Source of the DNA: Phoronis australis
Lineage: Eukaryota > Animalia > Phoronida
Direction of reading: 5' to 3'
DNA: 64,000 nucleotides
Assembly: GCA_002633005.1 (NCBI GenBank)
Contig: NMRA01000908.1
Span: forward strand, 38,276 to 102,275
Part shown: positions 1 through 11,696 of the stretch, in pieces
How positions within the stretch are numbered: position 1 is the stretch's first letter
Layout: every line of letters starts with the position of its first letter
The notes under the pieces: generated by a model
What the model saw: only the letters and a program-made list of their open reading frames with translations
Told to the model about the DNA's origin: nothing
Databases searched by the model: none
Position numbers and translations under genes: made by a program

Positions 1-320
1 GCAGGAGAATCATACAGCACAATGGGGTGGGCTCTGAAATCAGCACGAAGGTCTGAAAGAGTGACTGAACATGTAAAGAAGTCTTTGATTGATGCGTACA
101 ACGAAGGCACGGAGACTGGTCAAAGAGCGATCCAGTGAAGTGTTCTTAACAAACGAGAACTAAAGAAAGGCAATGGCCAGTTGCCATTTGCACCAGAATG
201 GAGTACATCGAAGCCAACCAGAAACTTCTTCACGATACTTGCGGCTCAGCAGAGGCGCAGAGCATGCAGCCCAGACTCTGATGAAGATGATCTTACTATT
301 GTACATGCAATCAAAATTGC
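1..320 (+). mobile_element. Frameshifted C-terminus of a DNA-transposon transposase (tentatively Sola3-type)
   Basis: Frame 1 reads GWALKSARRSERVTEHVKKSLIDAYNEGTETGQRA. After a frameshift it continues GNGQLPFAPEWSTSKPTRNFFTILAAQQRR. This matches the GWALK..GE.TG.KADP..V...FxPEEW....I.SFFSRLAA tail I recall from invertebrate transposases. The family assignment is from memory. Confidence 0.55.
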
Positions 321-323
321 CGA

Positions 324-371
324 GAGGGAGATGGTGAGGGAGAGGGAGCGAGAGAGGGAGAGAGAGAGAGA
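324..371. repeat. (GA)n-rich microsatellite
   Basis: Imperfect GAGAGG/GAGA run. Confidence 0.85.
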
Positions 372-2214
372 AACAATTTTATTTACTTTAAGACATAATA
401 AAAAAATGAAAGGGAATTAACCGGAAAGTAAGTACGGTGGCTAAGACATTCTGTAATTAACCGCTGTAATAGTTATAGCCGGCAAATTATTGAAAAGTCA
501 TCCAAATAAAATTTTGATATCATTATAGAAGCAAGTAACACATGTAACTGTTTGTGGGTTTTACCATGCGCAAAATTGCAAATTAATAAAGTTATTGCTG
601 TTTAAAATTGGTTTTATTTCTCAGCAAAGTTGTACTATTATAATAAGCCACAGGTCAGTAGGTCATCAGGTTATTTAGTAAGCCAACGATAAGCAAGGAT
701 ACATACTTACCAAAATTCCTGTATGTCTCCTTTTCGATAATTTGGAAGCCGTGAATTTGACTTAGACTCACTCAATTTCTTTGAAGATTACTTGTACTAG
801 TAAGTTTAAACTCACTCAAATTCTATGACACTTAAGATACTAGACATCCTACCCATGTTTTAGTTTGAATTTGAAGCATGTAATGCGATTTTAGTGTTTA
901 GCTTTATTGAAGATTCTTAACTCGCTTGTGCTCTGTCTATCTTTAGTCAGCTGTTTTGTTGACTTTCTGACTTTGTCTATTGCTGTATCTATCGCCTCTA
1001 TCTGTTCAGTCTGCTTCAGTCTGCTCTGAGGACACTATAACTGACCACTTTGAACAAAAATGAAGGGTAATTAATCTTTTTGTTCCAAAACATCACCCAT
1101 TATCCAGGTCTGCATTGAAATACTAATTTACTGATCGTTGTCCTGATACCTATAGCCTTTACAAGTGAACTGGTCAGTTATCCCTATCGTTTTGCAAAAC
1201 GGACGGTTCCGTGAATACCACCTGCAAGTCGGATACATTAGCACTGCAAACTGAAATCTGTACAGAACCATCTGCTTCAACCACAGATCAAAGCACCTGC
1301 GTGTTAATAGATGGCCAAGAATTCGTTTGGCTTTTTTAATTCAATATTGTACTCTTTCCAAGTTTAAAGGACGCATTAAATTGGGGTCGCTTTACGGTTT
1401 ATGCAGATATAATTATGAATTTATTGATCCATGCTGGCATTTATCCCAGTTTCCTAAAACTTTCCAGCATATATTGTTTCCTCTCCCAGTTGCATTTGAT
1501 ATCCAACAATTTCTCTTTTGTTTCTAAATTCTGGTTCAAAATCCTCAAATATCAGTATAAAAAGAGTTAATGTTTCTCGAAAATGCGAGACCAAGGTTCT
1601 CGTTTTGCCAAAGATATGTAAAATGAGACGATGTAATCATTTGCTATGGAATTATTTCATACAATCACCCAAGACACTAAAACACGAAAGCTACTACAGG
1701 CACTGAAGTTGTGACAAAATATTTAAGAAAGTATCTCACAGTGTGCTACCACTAAAAAGTGTCCAGCATTTGCCTTTTCACCAAAAAACAGCATAGTGAG
1801 TCATAGAAAAAATCAGATGAGGATTCCAGCAGAACAACATCTGGACATGCATTCCTTTCGGTTTCTTATTATTTAAACTCCTGAACACCCATGGGAATCT
1901 GATATGAATACTTTTTGCTTCAGACGTTTTCCAAAAACTAAGGATTTCTTTACAAACACGGGGCACACCAAAACAAAGTTCATTAAAAATAGTTTGTTTT
2001 ATTTAAAGTCTATGATGTGGTCCCACGGTCTAATTTTGAGGTTGAAATCTCTTGAGAAGAAAAAGATGACACCATAAAGTATAACTTCTCAGCAAATACT
2101 TTTTAAAAGTTTTTGCATGTTGCTTAGCCTAGAGCTGTACGTCAGCAAGATTACGTAATATTACTGAGTTACAGTATAAGAATCAATAAGTCTATTACTG
2201 GACTTACGGTACGT

Positions 2215-2700
2215 GGAGATGGCTACGTTGCGTCCTCCTCTCGAGGACTTCATCAGGCCACTGAGTTGTCACGTGACTTGTCATGTTATCTGTCGTACAG
2301 TTTCTGCGGGATTCTCTTCAGCGCCCTATTCCATGTCCTAGGTAAGTGAAACCGCAGCCCCCCTGTCTATTGAAGCTTTTGTTTCTGTATCTACCAAGAA
2401 TCTTACTGGGTGGAATTTGGCAAGTAGTTGTCAAGAATCTGACAGCGGTTGTCTTGTTTCAGATGAATATATTGTATGCTGCGCCACCTAGTGTTTTTTA
2501 TTTATATATTAAATATATAACACCCCTGGAATCGTACTGTCAGAGGTGCAGTCGTGGGCGGTTTGCGTTACTCCTGTTTTTGTATGACGTTGACAAAAAA
2601 TTGTTGTGTGATGTAGACTATGTTTCCATTTTTACTTCTCTTTGTCAATGATCTCGATATCCGAAACTTTACATTGACCAGCAGCTTTAACACCACACTT
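2215..2700 (-). mobile_element. Penelope-like retroelement remnant (decayed GIY-YIG endonuclease C-terminus and 3' region)
   Basis: With frameshifts the minus strand gives LLVNVK..DKEK..GNIVYI, QYI(x)ETRQPL (YIG motif) and FNRQGGLRFHLPRTWNRAL (cf. the PLE tail LNRGGGLRxxL). A hammerhead motif follows. Confidence 0.7.
2220..2260 (-). ncRNA. Minimal type-I hammerhead ribozyme, probably inactivated (GAAA>GCAA)
   Basis: Minus strand: TGGC-CTGATGA-A-GTCCTC-gagag-GAGGAC-GCAAC-GTA-GCCA. It has stem I TGGC/GCCA, a 6-bp stem II, a palindromic ACGT stem III and a GUA cleavage triplet. Confidence 0.7.
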
Positions 2701-3619
2701 GTGTAAGACACAAATGTACTATAATCAACTTACAGGTGGGAAACTAAAGTGTCATATCCATAGCTCGATGTCAACCAGAACCAAGGGCTACGTTGTACAA
2801 ACTTCTTACGTAATAAATATTGTACTGATGCGTTTTTCTATGTGTTGCAAGTCAAAGTTTCCATGAGAATTACAAAATAAAACACATGATACCTTATTTA
2901 AAATAATTTGACATTTTCGTAGTCTCTCTGTATTTCAATTTCTAAGCATGTACTGTATCAAAAGCTTCAAACAAAATTGAACAAACTCGGTTCAAGTTCC
3001 TTGATTTGGGATGCTTGTGCACCCCTTCTGAAGATGCCGTCACCTTACCCTGTCAGAAATTTACCGCTGCAAGTACCCCTTTTGAAATTCTGTACCTGTT
3101 AGTGGTTTACATCTGATGCCCAGATGACGTTTCTAGCCCTATATAGCATTTCCATGTATATCTCGAATTCAAATTGCGTTTGTGACATTCTGTTATCACG
3201 GTTGGAATCTTCTGGTCCATTCCAACCTGAAACTGCTGCAACTCTTCATCAAATCTACGTCTCAGTCCTTTACTTTGCATCCATCATCCCGCTGATGATT
3301 GTAAAATCACTGGCTGAAACGTTCCTTCAAGAACTGTTTAATAGACGTTGGCGAAAACACTATCATAGAAAAAACAATAACCATTATACTTTTTCCGGGC
3401 ATTGAACAATTTGCCAAAAATGTTGGATTTCTCAAAGTTACACACTTGGGCCCGCACCCTAAAATATTGACTTGCAACTAGGGTTTTTTTTTAGTACAAC
3501 TTAACTTGATCACCAGAAGGTTATTTTTACGACTCAGTAAACCGGTGCCCCATTTGATGAGCAACAAAAATTGCTACCCGGAAGATTTACACCTTTACAG
3601 GATTAGTGCTCCTCGTGAG

Positions 3620-3972
3620 CAGCGCTCTAGTGGTAAAATTAAAGGTAAGTAAGCGCCCAATGCCCACCGCATCACCTTGAGCACTGAATTTTAAAACTAA
3701 ATTGAATTTGCAAAATCTGACTCACAAATATGTAAAGCCTATTTTTTGACTCTTAAGTGGATATTTATTTCGAGTCTAAGATGTCGCAGAAAGGGGCCCA
3801 ACCACACAGATAGGAAGGCAAATGGCCGCGTGCATTCCATGCAGTCTACTGTGCATAGGCGCTACGTTAAGATGTAAAAAGATAACTTACGGTTAGTAGA
3901 CGCTACGTTTAAATTCCAAAAGGAGGTTGACTTCGCCTACTTAACGTGCGCCTACTCCACACTACAGCACTG
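3620..3972. mobile_element. hAT-type MITE
   Basis: Imperfect TIRs CAGCGCTCTAGTGG / CCACACTACAGCACTG and a degenerate 8-bp TSD (ctcgtgag/cctgtggg). Same family as 48184-48342, in opposite orientation. Confidence 0.7.
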
Positions 3973-4171
3973 CCTGTGGGTCTTCGGTACTTCAACGGTA
4001 TAGTTAGCAATAACCATTCAATCATGTATGGTTTTTGGATTGCCTCTTGTCAATAATACACTTTCTCATTTTTCGGAACCACTTAACGTTACTAGACGTC
4101 AAGCAGATATTTCGGGACCGACAATTTTAATCATTTTGATGCTGCACTTTCAGCTTTCATTGTAGAGGTCT

Positions 4172-4593
4172 GTGCCTGGTTGCATGAAACAGTCCCAAAT
4201 AGGGACTTAAATTTACTGTTTATTTGAGGACTTGTGAAAACACCAACTGTCCTTTCTTATGCTGTTTTAGTTTCATTACTAAGTCAATTGTTGCGTTTGA
4301 TACAAATCGAGAGTGAACTCGATGTTGAATTCTCAATATTATCGAAAATGAATAGTGATCTTTTCACGCAATGCTCCTAACTTTGGGACTAAGTCCCTTT
4401 TTATTTTCATTGAATCCAGGAATCATTTTTTAGTTATATTATTATAAAATGTCACCAATCCAGGAGGAGCTCATAATCACGATAAGATGATAGGAAAATA
4501 TCATATCTGTTAGCAAACAAAGACACAAATAGGCAAAAGATTTAGGGAACTTAGTTGAGTCCCTATTTGGGAATGTTTCATGCAATCAGACAC
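4172..4593. mobile_element. MITE with about 36-bp TIRs (PIF/Harbinger-like)
   Basis: The left end GTGCCTGGTTGCATGAAACAGTCCCAAATAGGGACT is the near reverse complement of AGTCCCTATTTGGGAATGTTTCATGCAATCAGACAC. Related fragments lie at about 46111-46262 and 47250-47407. Confidence 0.75.
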
Positions 4594-5904
4594 TGAGCAC
4601 CAGCCGCAGGAATTTTGATGTAATTCAGATTTCGGGTTTGGCAAAACTTAATGATATTGTTGACATCGTGTTTTGTTAGTCATAAATTAATTGTAAGGAC
4701 TTTGTTGGTTTGTTGATGGGAGTGTGACGGTACTGGCGAATAGGACGACCGATTTAGCAAAGTGGGTGGTTTCAATCAATGCATGCAGGACACAAAGGTC
4801 TCTGTTTACGAATATTTTAATATACATGTAATGTACTATACAAAGGCTCAGTTTTCACATGTGATATGTCACTTTTCGGAGTGATTTTGCGCTCGAAAAG
4901 AAATAACGATCGAATTAAGGGCATTTCCACAGGTTACATAGCTTGACTCAAGTGGGCTGAAAACTTTTCAATTATGATTTTATATTTTCACTTAGACACA
5001 ATGTGTGTTTATTCAGTACGCCATTCTTAGTTTCTGATAACTTGTCGTTGTTGAACAGTGGTGCAACAAAAATGCTAAAATTTGATGGCTTCCGAAGCCA
5101 TGAACTACCCAAAAATTCCGAGGGGTAGTTTGCTGACAAGAAGTTAGATTTTTTAAAATAAAACTGTAATTGTCGGTGTTGACCATTCCACCTAAGAGTA
5201 AAACTAAGCTATATTTAAAAAAAAATCCGAGATATGTCAAATTCCCGCATCTGCCCGACTTTCTAATGCATTGACACTTAAACACTCACCTATTGCTTTC
5301 TGCAAAGTAGCACTTCTGTCTAGCATGGCACAAGCAAAGTAGATTCTGGCAAATAAAATTGTCTTAGGTATTTATGGGGATTACTTTTCACTTTACATAT
5401 TCATAGCACTACTTTTATATTAATACACCAAGCGTGGTTGTTACCTCATTGGTCAAGATTTATATTCGTTTGGTAGCTTCCCTTGGACAAGGCTGAGTTC
5501 CGGTAACGCACGAATTCCACACATAAAACCAGTGTGATCATATGGTTTGCTTGTGATGGTTATAACACGCTAAGTGTTGCGTGATCTTCTCTTTTGCAAA
5601 TTACTTGATTGCATAGTACGTGTAACGTAAGAAAGATGTATGACTCGTACTCAAGACGTGTCGCTGTTCCCTAATAATGTTCCTACTCCTATTTTGGGGT
5701 ATTTTCTCATTTATTCATTGAATTTGTTTATCTTTGGTAGACCCTTAACACATTTTTTCTTATAAGTTTCATGAAAATTTACCTGTCTTTTGAAATGAAT
5801 GGGTTCCAGGCGCAGTTTGTACACGCTCAGGAGGCATTTTTCTAGTGCCCATATTGCAGTGTCTGTCTTGATTTAGGTTTTGTAAAATAATGAATGGTAT
5901 TTTT

Positions 5905-6100
5905 GCAACAAATCGCCTCTTGTTTTAGTGTGCAACGTAGCTTGTAGCATAACCCCGACAAATTAATGTTAGAATTTGCATCAATCATTTACGCTTGAAT
6001 TACGCAAAATTTCAAGTGAATTATTATTTTTTCATGCAATTTTCCGCAAACTTGAGCACGCACAAAAAGACAATATTCCCAGTTATATAATTACAGCTAT
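5905..6100. repeat. Dispersed repeat, inverted homolog of about 21178-21382
   Basis: Shared blocks on opposite strands: tttagt..cgtagcttgtagcataac, atttacgct, ttcaagt, ttttcatgcaa and gcacaaaaagaca.tattcccagtt. Confidence 0.65.
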
Positions 6101-6321
6101 ATTATCTATGTTATCGCCAGATTAAATTGCAGAATTATTTATAATTTGTTTTTAGTGCCCGCTTCAGCCAGAACAATATTCTTTCAATTAGACTTTGAAC
6201 ATTTTAGGGCGCGGTCCGGGAAGCAAAAAATTGGCAAGAGGGGGGTGTTGTATGAAGAGAAGAATAAAAAGTTCGCCAACCACAATTTCGCATCTATCCG
6301 TTTTGTTGTATTAGCTGGCTA

Positions 6322-6448
6322 CGGGAACATCGGGCCCAGGGAACATCGGGCCCAGGGAACATCGAACCCTGCGGGGAAACATCCGAACAAGAATATATCG
6401 GTTCTGGGCTACATCGATCCCAGTGGAATATCGTAAAACATCGGGTCT
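6322..6448. repeat. Degenerate 16-bp tandem repeat (GGGAACATCGGGCCCA)
   Basis: Two perfect units followed by several decayed ACATCG-containing units. Probably a foldback-transposon arm. Confidence 0.7.
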
Positions 6449-8356
6449 TTTATAACCGACGGGAACGTACTAAGTTCATTGTCAAATAAACTATCGCCAC
6501 CCATGTGCTTAAAGTGGCATTGAACGTGAAAAACAGTATAAAATATCAGAGTAAACGTTCCTCATCTTGTATGAAACCTGTAGCATGTCTTGGCGTACAC
6601 GTTCTTTTGTAGGTTTCATAAATGTAGTGAGTTTTAGATGAGTTTGGAGTATTTTTCTTTACGTTTGAAAGTTGACCAAAGAGACACGCCTTCGTGCTCA
6701 TCAAGTCCGACATAACAGAAAAAATGCATTGCGGTGCCTCATCTGGTCATGGCCTGATGACCTCAGAGAGGTGAAAGGTCGCCGAAAGCAAAACAGTGAT
6801 GGCTGATTTCGAAAGTAGGCTCAAAGAAGTACCATTTCTGAATTAAGTTATCGATTTATTTGTTTTTTTATGCTCTCCCAAGTATGACGTAATCTAGTTT
6901 ATGCGTAGGATTTCATTTATGTGCATTTCTAACGGAAAACGTTCGATTCATGTCTTATTGTTTAGTGAGAGAAAATCTCCTGGTTCACCGATCGGCGTTT
7001 GGTCACCATTATAGACTGATGACCGCGTTATCTATAATCTATGGTCAACATGAACACAAATATTTTGCTATAAACATTTCAATGCATAGTGACTGTACGT
7101 ACGATTCATAACTACAAGGTATCTCGGGGGTGATTGTTACTATATGACGACTGCGTATTCACCGTTTAGTAAGTGGCCGAGTAGTGCAAATTCAATTAAC
7201 TAAATCCCCAGCTGTTTGTGGTGGGAAGAAAATGTAGAGTGAAATTCCTCTAAAAGCCTTCATTAGAGCTTCCTGTTTACAGATCTAAAAATCCCCCGAA
7301 ACTTCTGACCCAGGGTTTTTTTGAATTCTGGGGCCAAGTGTACTCAGTGAGCCCAAAGTTCATGTAGTCGGTGCACTTTAGGGTTCAAATGGCCATGTTT
7401 ACATTGACCAACTGCAATGACTTCACCGACTTTTTAATTACATTAAATCTATGCCATGATAAACACAATGTTATTGACAGTAATTCTAAAAAATTACAAT
7501 TTGCTTCGCAGACTCAGTGATTTTTTAAACAAAAAATGGGAGGATTAACTTTCTAATGCTAAGTTTTGATATCTATTTGGACCTAAAACACAGTTTGCAT
7601 GTATCTGCTAATATCTTAAAAGCTGTTAACTCCAGTCATCTGATACTTTACATTATCATCGCATGGAAAGATGTGATTATGTTAAGTCAAAGATACATCT
7701 GTTCCAACGACTGGTGATAAATATATAATTGACCCAATTGTTCACCCAGTTATAAATTGCAAAATGCATCATGATAAACATTCAGTCCCAACAGCTTTCA
7801 AAACGTTTTATTTCATTGAGCATTATCATGATCAAAATAATTATGATTTTCTTTGACTATAACTACAAGCACTTAAAAATTTAGGGGTTTGCTCAAATCC
7901 GTGGTTTGCAATCAACTTTTGTTTTATTTAGCTGACCTCCACTTTTACATCTGACTACAATGAAAAATCAATGGACTCATGGAAGGATACAATGTTACAT
8001 AATGCAAGAAATATGAAGTCATGCCATTTGAGTAACATAACTGTGTTGAGAAAGAAAAGGACAGAATTAATATACACATCTTTGGACAAAGGGAATGATA
8101 AATTGCACCCAATTTCCAGCAAATTGGCCCCAGTAAACACATTAGAAATTGCAGCAACATCAACAGAAAATATTTTTTCTACTGCCCACGGTGCATCTAA
8201 TTATCACTCCAAACGAGAAAATATCAGATAGTCGAGATACTGCCATATTTCACAGGATTATTCATTGGCTCCAACATCAGCTGTTGCATAGTTTCAATTG
8301 CACAGAACTTTTCTAACACTTCAGGTGTGGTTAGGGAACAAAGAGCTGTCAAAAGT

Positions 8357-8457
8357 GATTAACTCGAACCAGTGTTCAGTCTACCATTGCATCAAAAAGC
8401 TATTAGCATCGATAAGTGACAACCTGCGCCCACCTATCGATGGGGTAAAACGTGAAA
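8357..8457 (+). mobile_element. 3' (U5) fragment of an LTR related to the solo LTR at 16249-18356
   Basis: gattaactcgaaccagt.ttcagtc...aaagctattagca...acaacctgcgcccacc...gggg.aaaacgtga matches the reverse complement of 16249-16348. Confidence 0.75.
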
Positions 8458-8479
8458 AGAGCTTAGACCAACAGACTGG

Positions 8480-9300
8480 GGCTGAAAACTCGCTAATGGA
8501 ATGCTGTCGCAAACAGAATTTTACTCACATTACCAGTCCTGTTTGAAGCATTTGGTCCAGCCTCAGTGACCCTATCTTTACGTGGTCTGCCAGCTTATGC
8601 ATCTCGTCAAGTTGACGTACAGGTACTAATACTAAACACGTGAAAAACAATTCAAAAACTCTACTTCAGAAGAGCAATTATGATTTGTAAAAAAACAGAA
8701 CATCCTATAGTCAAGAATCTATGTCATGATACATCTTGAAGAAATTGGAAGCCATAAAACTTTACACAGATTTTCATGTGGTTATCATTTGTCTAATGAC
8801 GTAAAATAAGATGTGACGGTAACTGTTGAACAAAATTCCAGTTTGTTCTAGTAGTGAGATTTTACGAATATAAGATGGTATAAATATGTCCCTTCCGTAT
8901 TTGGTAAAAAATCTCCTTATTCTCAGAAAAGAATAAATGCAATGACCAAATGACCAGGTGTGACACCTTTCAGAGAAGGTGGTAGAGAGTGTTGAGCCTT
9001 TAACAGAAGAAGAAATCCTAACATCGCTGACATTCTTTACAAGACACATTGATGAGATTTGAAAGGGAAAGTAGGGTGTCATAAAAACAATAAATTTGCT
9101 ATCGTCCACAACTGAGTGTGCATCAGCTGCATTATGAATCCAGTGGACACCACGGAAACTTGTGGAAAACGTCATAGTCTCCATCGCGGTACCTGATGCT
9201 ATCTCTTGCAACTTCCTCCCCACCAAACTCTTCATCTCCAAATCCAACATCGCTAATATCCACATCATAAAGGATACTTTCTGGACTGCATGATGATCTT
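8480..9300 (-). mobile_element. Kolobok-like transposase relic
   Basis: An acidic linker is followed by DDSKFIVF...CKEC...ISSSVKGSTL...HTWS across frameshifts. The same motif order appears in the 18846-19322 ORF (KFIVD..CQVC..GHWGTW). Confidence 0.5.
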
Positions 9301-9893
9301 GCCCAGTAGAATTTCAAAAAGGACTTAACAGCTAGACTCTGTAACACAGTTGAACTACTAAGTAATAGGACTCGTATTATGTGCACCGGAGAACAGATAA
9401 ATACAGTTCGTTCAGAATTCAAATGTTTTATGTATATAACGCTTGATGACGCCTTACGATGCCTTCTTTAGTCAGTTTGGGGGACCTAATGGTTACTAGT
9501 GTCCTGTCAGGGCCTCAAACCCGAGATTCATTACTGGCCATGCTCTAAGCTATTAAGACCAATAGTCAGTAGAAGGTATATTTCCACTATATACATTAAC
9601 ATTGTCAGCATTGAACAATAATGATGAATGTGTATAAAAGATTGGATAACTCATAATTCAAATGTGTACGCAATGAATATGTTGCATCTACAGTCATCTT
9701 CCATGTAATCGCATGCTATGTCCTCAGAAATATCAGTCGTTAGCCAGTAATATAGAAAATAAAAAAATAAGCGTTTCTCTTGCTTAAACTGTTTAGCATT
9801 GGTCAGTCTGTATTCATTGGATAACAGCACATATCGTCTAACCACAATTATGGTATGATATATCGAAATCGAACCGTGCACGTCATGGTCTCT

Positions 9894-11134
9894 ATACTTA
9901 GAACTCAGAAAACAGACTTAGGAAATCCTATCCAGAGCACACATTGATGACTTGATGTGAAATAAAATGCCACCACAAATTTTATAGATTGTGTATGCTA
10001 CTGATACAAACTTCTGAAAATCTCAACGATTTCAGTGTTGCCTTCGCATATAAACTTTTGATACAGCAATCAACTTCAAAAAAGAAACAAATCGTCAAAT
10101 TCGGTGTCAAGAAATCTAGCTGCAAAAGCAATCAGTGAATTCAACTCTGCCCACACTGTATTCGAATAAGTTAGGAATATCAACTTGTCACGTTTAAAAC
10201 ACAAATATGACAATATTAGTCGCAGGATGACCTATAAGACCACACCTAGTAGGGGGTACTTACTCAAAAGGGTCATCAAAACCGCTGCCCATCTGCTTTC
10301 TGATGCATCTACTTTTAGGTACACCTCTGCAAATCACAAATATATACAATGCATGTATACAAAGTATGCGAAATTCAGTCATGCTTAGAAGATAAACGTG
10401 TGCACACCATTCCTGACAATAAAAACAAAAGAAAACACAATTGCAGGCGGTCCGATACACGTTGCACCAGACGTGCGCAGGCCTCGCATGTGGGCCCANT
10501 GAACGCTATGAGATCTGGCCCACCGACTAATACTTAGAACTCAGAAAACAGACTTAAGAAATCCTATCCAGAGCACACATTGATGACTTGATGTGAAATA
10601 AAATGCCACCACAAATTTTATAGATTGTGTATGCTACTGATACAAACTTCTCAAAATCTCAACGATTTCAGTGTTGCCTTCGAATATAAACTTTTGATAC
10701 AGCAATCAACTTCAAAAAAGAAACAAATCGTCAAATTCGGTGTCGAGAAATCTAGCTGCAAAAGCAATCAGTGAATTCAACTCTGCCCACACTGTATTCA
10801 AATAAGTTAGGAATATCAACTTGTCACGTTTAAAACACAAATATGACAATATTAGTCGCAGGATGACCTATAAGACCACACCTAGTAGGGGGTACTTACT
10901 CAAAAGGGTCATCAAAACCGCTGCCCATCTGCTTTCTGATGCATCTACTTTTAGGTACACCTCTGCAAATCACAAATATATACAATGCATGTATACAAAG
11001 TATGCGAAATTCAGTCATGCTTAGAAGATAAACGTGTGCACACCATTCCTGACAATAAAAACAAAAGAAAACACAATTGCAGGCGGTCCGATACACGTTG
11101 CACCAGACGTGCGCAGGCCTCGCATGTGGGCCCA
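9894..11134. repeat. About 605-bp tandem duplication (period 636) with an N at the junction; likely an assembly or haplotype artifact
   Basis: 9894-10498 recurs at 10530-11134 with about five substitutions. A single N sits at 10499. Confidence 0.9.
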
Positions 11135-11149
11135 TTGCACTGATCACCT

Positions 11150-11300
11150 GGAACTATTTCTATGCTTTATTAATATATGGTTAAAACCGAGCTGAGGAGC
11201 TAGAAATCTGGCTCAAGGGTTTAGCAGTGTGACCTGGTGGGACTCGAACCCACGACCTCGTGTTAAGAAAGCGGGCACTTATCAACCAGGCCACACTGCC
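11150..11300 (-). mobile_element. tRNA-derived SINE head
   Basis: Minus strand GGCAGTGTGGCCTGGTTGATAAG...GGTCGTGGGTTCGAGTCCCACC has an A box, a B box and a paired T-stem. The anticodon and acceptor stems do not pair well, so this is not a tRNA gene. Confidence 0.7.
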
Positions 11301-11449
11301 TCCTCATTCCTGACAATACCAGACATGTAGAAAAAATTTATGGAAATATATCATGCATATTATATGCACAAAATATTTCACAATTCAATATCAGTTACAG
11401 CACTGATTTGTTGTCAGCACTGACTAGTTCTCTCAGATTTTAAAGATCA

Positions 11450-11696
11450 GGGGCCCTTTCCAACAGAAATGACTTAGCTAAGAGAAATTTCAAATTTTAG
11501 TAAACTTTAAAATAAATTTAAATTTGTCTCAAAACCAATTCATGAAAGAGATCGTTAGATTTACTTAAGTGTTTGACTTAAGTTTTGTCTTTATTTTGAC
11601 TAACTTACCAAAATTGAAAGTTTCAAAGATTCGGAGTTAAAACAAATCTTAAACTTACGTCAAAAACAAACTTGTCAGTTTCTTTGAACAGACCCC
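11450..11696. mobile_element. Degenerate Harbinger-like MITE
   Basis: Left end GGGGCCCTTTCCAACAGAAATGAC versus right-end reverse complement GGGGTCTGTTCAAAGAAACTGAC. Confidence 0.5.

Noticed and set aside
1090-1990. Possible decayed coding sequence on the minus strand
   Set aside because: Many stops and no motif I could recognise.
11225-11300. Functional tRNA gene
   Set aside because: The acceptor and anticodon stems do not pair. It is called a SINE head instead.
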